From an archaeon (GTDB lineage: Archaea > Asgardarchaeota > Thorarchaeia > Thorarchaeales > Thorarchaeaceae): a stretch of 25,943 bases of DNA. Positions 23,901 to 25,943 of this stretch are shown piece by piece. Position numbers and translations under genes: made by a program. Numbering within the stretch: position 1 is the first letter of the stretch; every line of letters starts with the position of its first letter. The notes under the pieces are model-generated. The model had not been told where the DNA came from, made no database searches, and worked only from the letters and a program-made list of their open reading frames with translations. The stretch lies in the NCBI GenBank assembly GCA_024275415.1, contig JAJRZD010000040.1:1-25943 (forward strand), in the 5' to 3' direction.

Positions 23901-25943
23901 TTAACTGATTGTGTCAAGAATCCGGTTCAATCGCTCGCCTATCGCATTGGACTGTTCTCTTAGTCGCGGCGACTCGTCATCCAACAGTGTACCCAGAATC
24001 GTGTTAAAATAATGAATCTCCTCAAAGCAGTTCTCCATGATTCCCGGGGCATCAGCATCACGGAACTCGGAAACGCCCTTATTGCTGTTCTGTATCAAAT
24101 CAAAGGCCCGTTCCCACACATCCTTCGACACCGGCGATTGTGCTCGAACCAACTCAATCAAGATATCCTCGATGTTGGCTCTCTTTGTTGACAATGCCTT
24201 CCTGACTCTCTTGGCGTCTTTGACTGGGACTCCGAGCATTGTAACTGTTCGTCCCAAGTCTGTGCAAGACACTTCCTTTCCTTGTTGTACCACGAGTCCC
24301 TCTCGTTCCAGCTCGTCTAACAGCTCAAGACCTGCCAGAGCCTTGCGCATGACAGAAACAGCATACTGTGCTATCTTCTCATCATCTGATGCATACATCA
24401 TGAACTTTGTCAGATGCTTGCAGAGGCGATGTTTCCGGATACCTTGATATTTCCAAGACTCGCATGTACAAGAAAATCCTTCGTCATCCCGCAGGATAAC
24501 ATGATGCCAGAGGTTTCGGCTCTCGCTGTGAACAAGTCCCTCAACTTTAGTCGGGGTCATCGATACAATCTTGACACTTGAATCAGGGATGTCATTTGCT
24601 CTCCGGATGGTAGTCATTGTTGCTCTACGCAAGATATGGGTCTGAATCGAGTCTTTCTCGTCCACATCAGACTTGTCAGCATCCTTTGTGCTCATCTTAG
24701 CTGCCCAGTAGGTACGGCTAAGCACGGAGAAAGGATCCTCCTCTTTTGCCAAGCAGATCTCACCCAAGACAAGATCCTGAATATTCTCAGGGTCATCCAT
24801 ATTGCTATCGACCTCACCAAGGATAGGTGTAATCGAGCTATCTGCATGGGTTTCAAAGTATTTTGAAACCACTCGTTTTCGTTCCACATCATTCTCCACA
24901 ACGACAATGCCAAATGCCCTGCTATCGATACCCTTTCTTCCCGCTGAATGTAGGACATCTGCCAGTTGCCAGTCAGATATCAATGTGAGCGCGCTATCAC
25001 CATCCTCGTTTGCCGAATCCTGCATATATACTCCAAGTACGAATACCGTATAGGCCTTCAGACGACTTGCGACTGCAAAACTAGTGGGCATCACCAGCAC
25101 GGGCAATAGGTTATCTTCCCATGCAAGGGACAACAACCGTCTCTGCTCCCGGGAGAGACCACCATGCAAGAACCCAACCCCCCTTCGTACGCTTTTTGAG
25201 ATCTTCTTCGTTATCTCGCAACCGGTATGTTGTTTCATCAGTCGGCCAGCCAACTCGAACAATTCGTCCTGATGACCCACTGTGAGATTAAGATCAAGAC
25301 GCTCAGTTCGCTCGTCACCCTCCGCTAGTATCAATGCTATGTCCTCTGCAGTTTTTGGCCCTGTACAAAGCAACAGTACCTGGCCTTTCTTTGACATGAC
25401 ATACTCGGTCAGGTCAGTCAATGACTCGTAAAGGTTCTCAAAGGCTTTGACACTGAATATCCTCTCGATGTCTTCCTTCTTGTCCTCTATGACCTCTGCG
25501 CGTAGCCAGAGTTGCAGGTCATCCATATCAGCCACTGGAGGACAAACGGCAACAAACTGGATGTCTGTACCATCCCCCTTCATAGTCACAATCGATTTCT
25601 CAAGGAATTCGCCAATTCCTGGTTGACCAATGAGATCCAAGCGGTCAATCAACACGACTTTGACATCCTCGAGGATATTGGGCTGTGTTTTCAGTGCGAT
25701 GCTGAAGGATTTGAATGTCGCAATGACTATCCGTCCTATCTTTCTGATCGGTCGTATGGCATCCCTTCGTCTAACAATCAGAGTGGTTTCAACGCCCAAA
25801 CGAGCACTACGCTGTCCGATAGAGTGGAGTCGTTTCTCTGCATGGTGTGGATTGGGACATAGAACGATCGCTCGTGCTCTGAAATCAGAAACCACTCGAT
25901 TAAGCACTGAGATCTCTGCGATCTCCAACCCCTCATCGAAATC
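23901..25943 (-). CDS. Degenerate Hel308/Ski2-like protein with an inserted SWIM zinc finger; 5'-truncated by the window
   Basis: The frame is open to the window end (DFDEGLEIAE...). Helicase-like landmarks: AIVLCP (Ia), LIDRLD (II), DLQLWLRA, GVGFLHGGL, HSAGRKG (VI), SRTYWA, CTDLGR. SWIM motif CTC-x13-CKH at 24414-24470. Confidence 0.75.
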   Translation of the reverse strand, partial: DFDEGLEIAEISVLNRVVSDFRARAIVLCPNPHHAEKRLHSIGQRSARLGVETTLIVRRRDAIRPIRKIGRIVIATFKSFSIALKTQPNILEDVKVVLIDRLDLIGQPGIGEFLEKSIVTMKGDGTDIQFVAVCPPVADMDDLQLWLRAEVIEDKKEDIERIFSVKAFENLYESLTDLTEYVMSKKGQVLLLCTGPKTAEDIALILAEGDERTERLDLNLTVGHQDELFELAGRLMKQHTGCEITKKISKSVRRGVGFLHGGLSREQRRLLSLAWEDNLLPVLVMPTSFAVASRLKAYTVFVLGVYMQDSANEDGDSALTLISDWQLADVLHSAGRKGIDSRAFGIVVVENDVERKRVVSKYFETHADSSITPILGEVDSNMDDPENIQDLVLGEICLAKEEDPFSVLSRTYWAAKMSTKDADKSDVDEKDSIQTHILRRATMTTIRRANDIPDSSVKIVSMTPTKVEGLVHSESRNLWHHVILRDDEGFSCTCESWKYQGIRKHRLCKHLTKFMMYASDDEKIAQYAVSVMRKALAGLELLDELEREGLVVQQGKEVSCTDLGRTVTMLGVPVKDAKRVRKALSTKRANIEDILIELVRAQSPVSKDVWERAFDLIQNSNKGVSEFRDADAPGIMENCFEEIHYFNTILGTLLDDESPRLREQSNAIGERLNRILDTIS

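Noticed and set aside
1-25943. CRISPR arrays, IS elements, integrases or rRNA
   Set aside because: No regularly spaced repeats, transposase/integrase motifs or rRNA-like sequence; nearly all bases are accounted for by recognisable genes.

Overview
Archaeal core-genome segment. It is probably from an Asgard archaeon and possibly Thorarchaeia; this is inferred from the longin-like and V4R/Bet3-like proteins together with L38e, NusA2, Alba and SepF. Most of the window is the usual archaeal RNA-processing, translation and proteostasis neighbourhood: lsm-rpl37e, a PUA protein, sepF, aCPSF1-psmB, FKBP, hemK-ksgA-DUF655-rpo4-rpl21e-pus10, a GGR-family reductase, pth2-truD, nusA2-alba, a second beta-CASP nuclease, rpl40e-tRNA-Val-rpl38e and sucCD. 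Four things stand out. (1) A mirror-symmetric four-gene cassette at 521-3127: two paralogous longin-like + V4R/Bet3-like fusion proteins flank two paralogous 3-TM membrane proteins. Each fusion joins the two folds that build the eukaryotic TRAPP core, so this is a candidate membrane-anchored proto-TRAPP or signalling system. (2) A tRNA-Val(CAC) with a 30-nt intron at the non-canonical position 53/54 and a clear bulge-helix-bulge-like splice motif. (3) A Hel308/Ski2-like helicase fused to an N-terminal winged-helix regulator-like domain, with degenerate motifs. (4) A second, apparently catalytically dead Hel308-like protein with a SWIM zinc finger inserted in its winged-helix region, truncated by the window edge. 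No CRISPR array, rRNA or mobile element was seen. All family calls come from motif recognition by eye; no database search was run.
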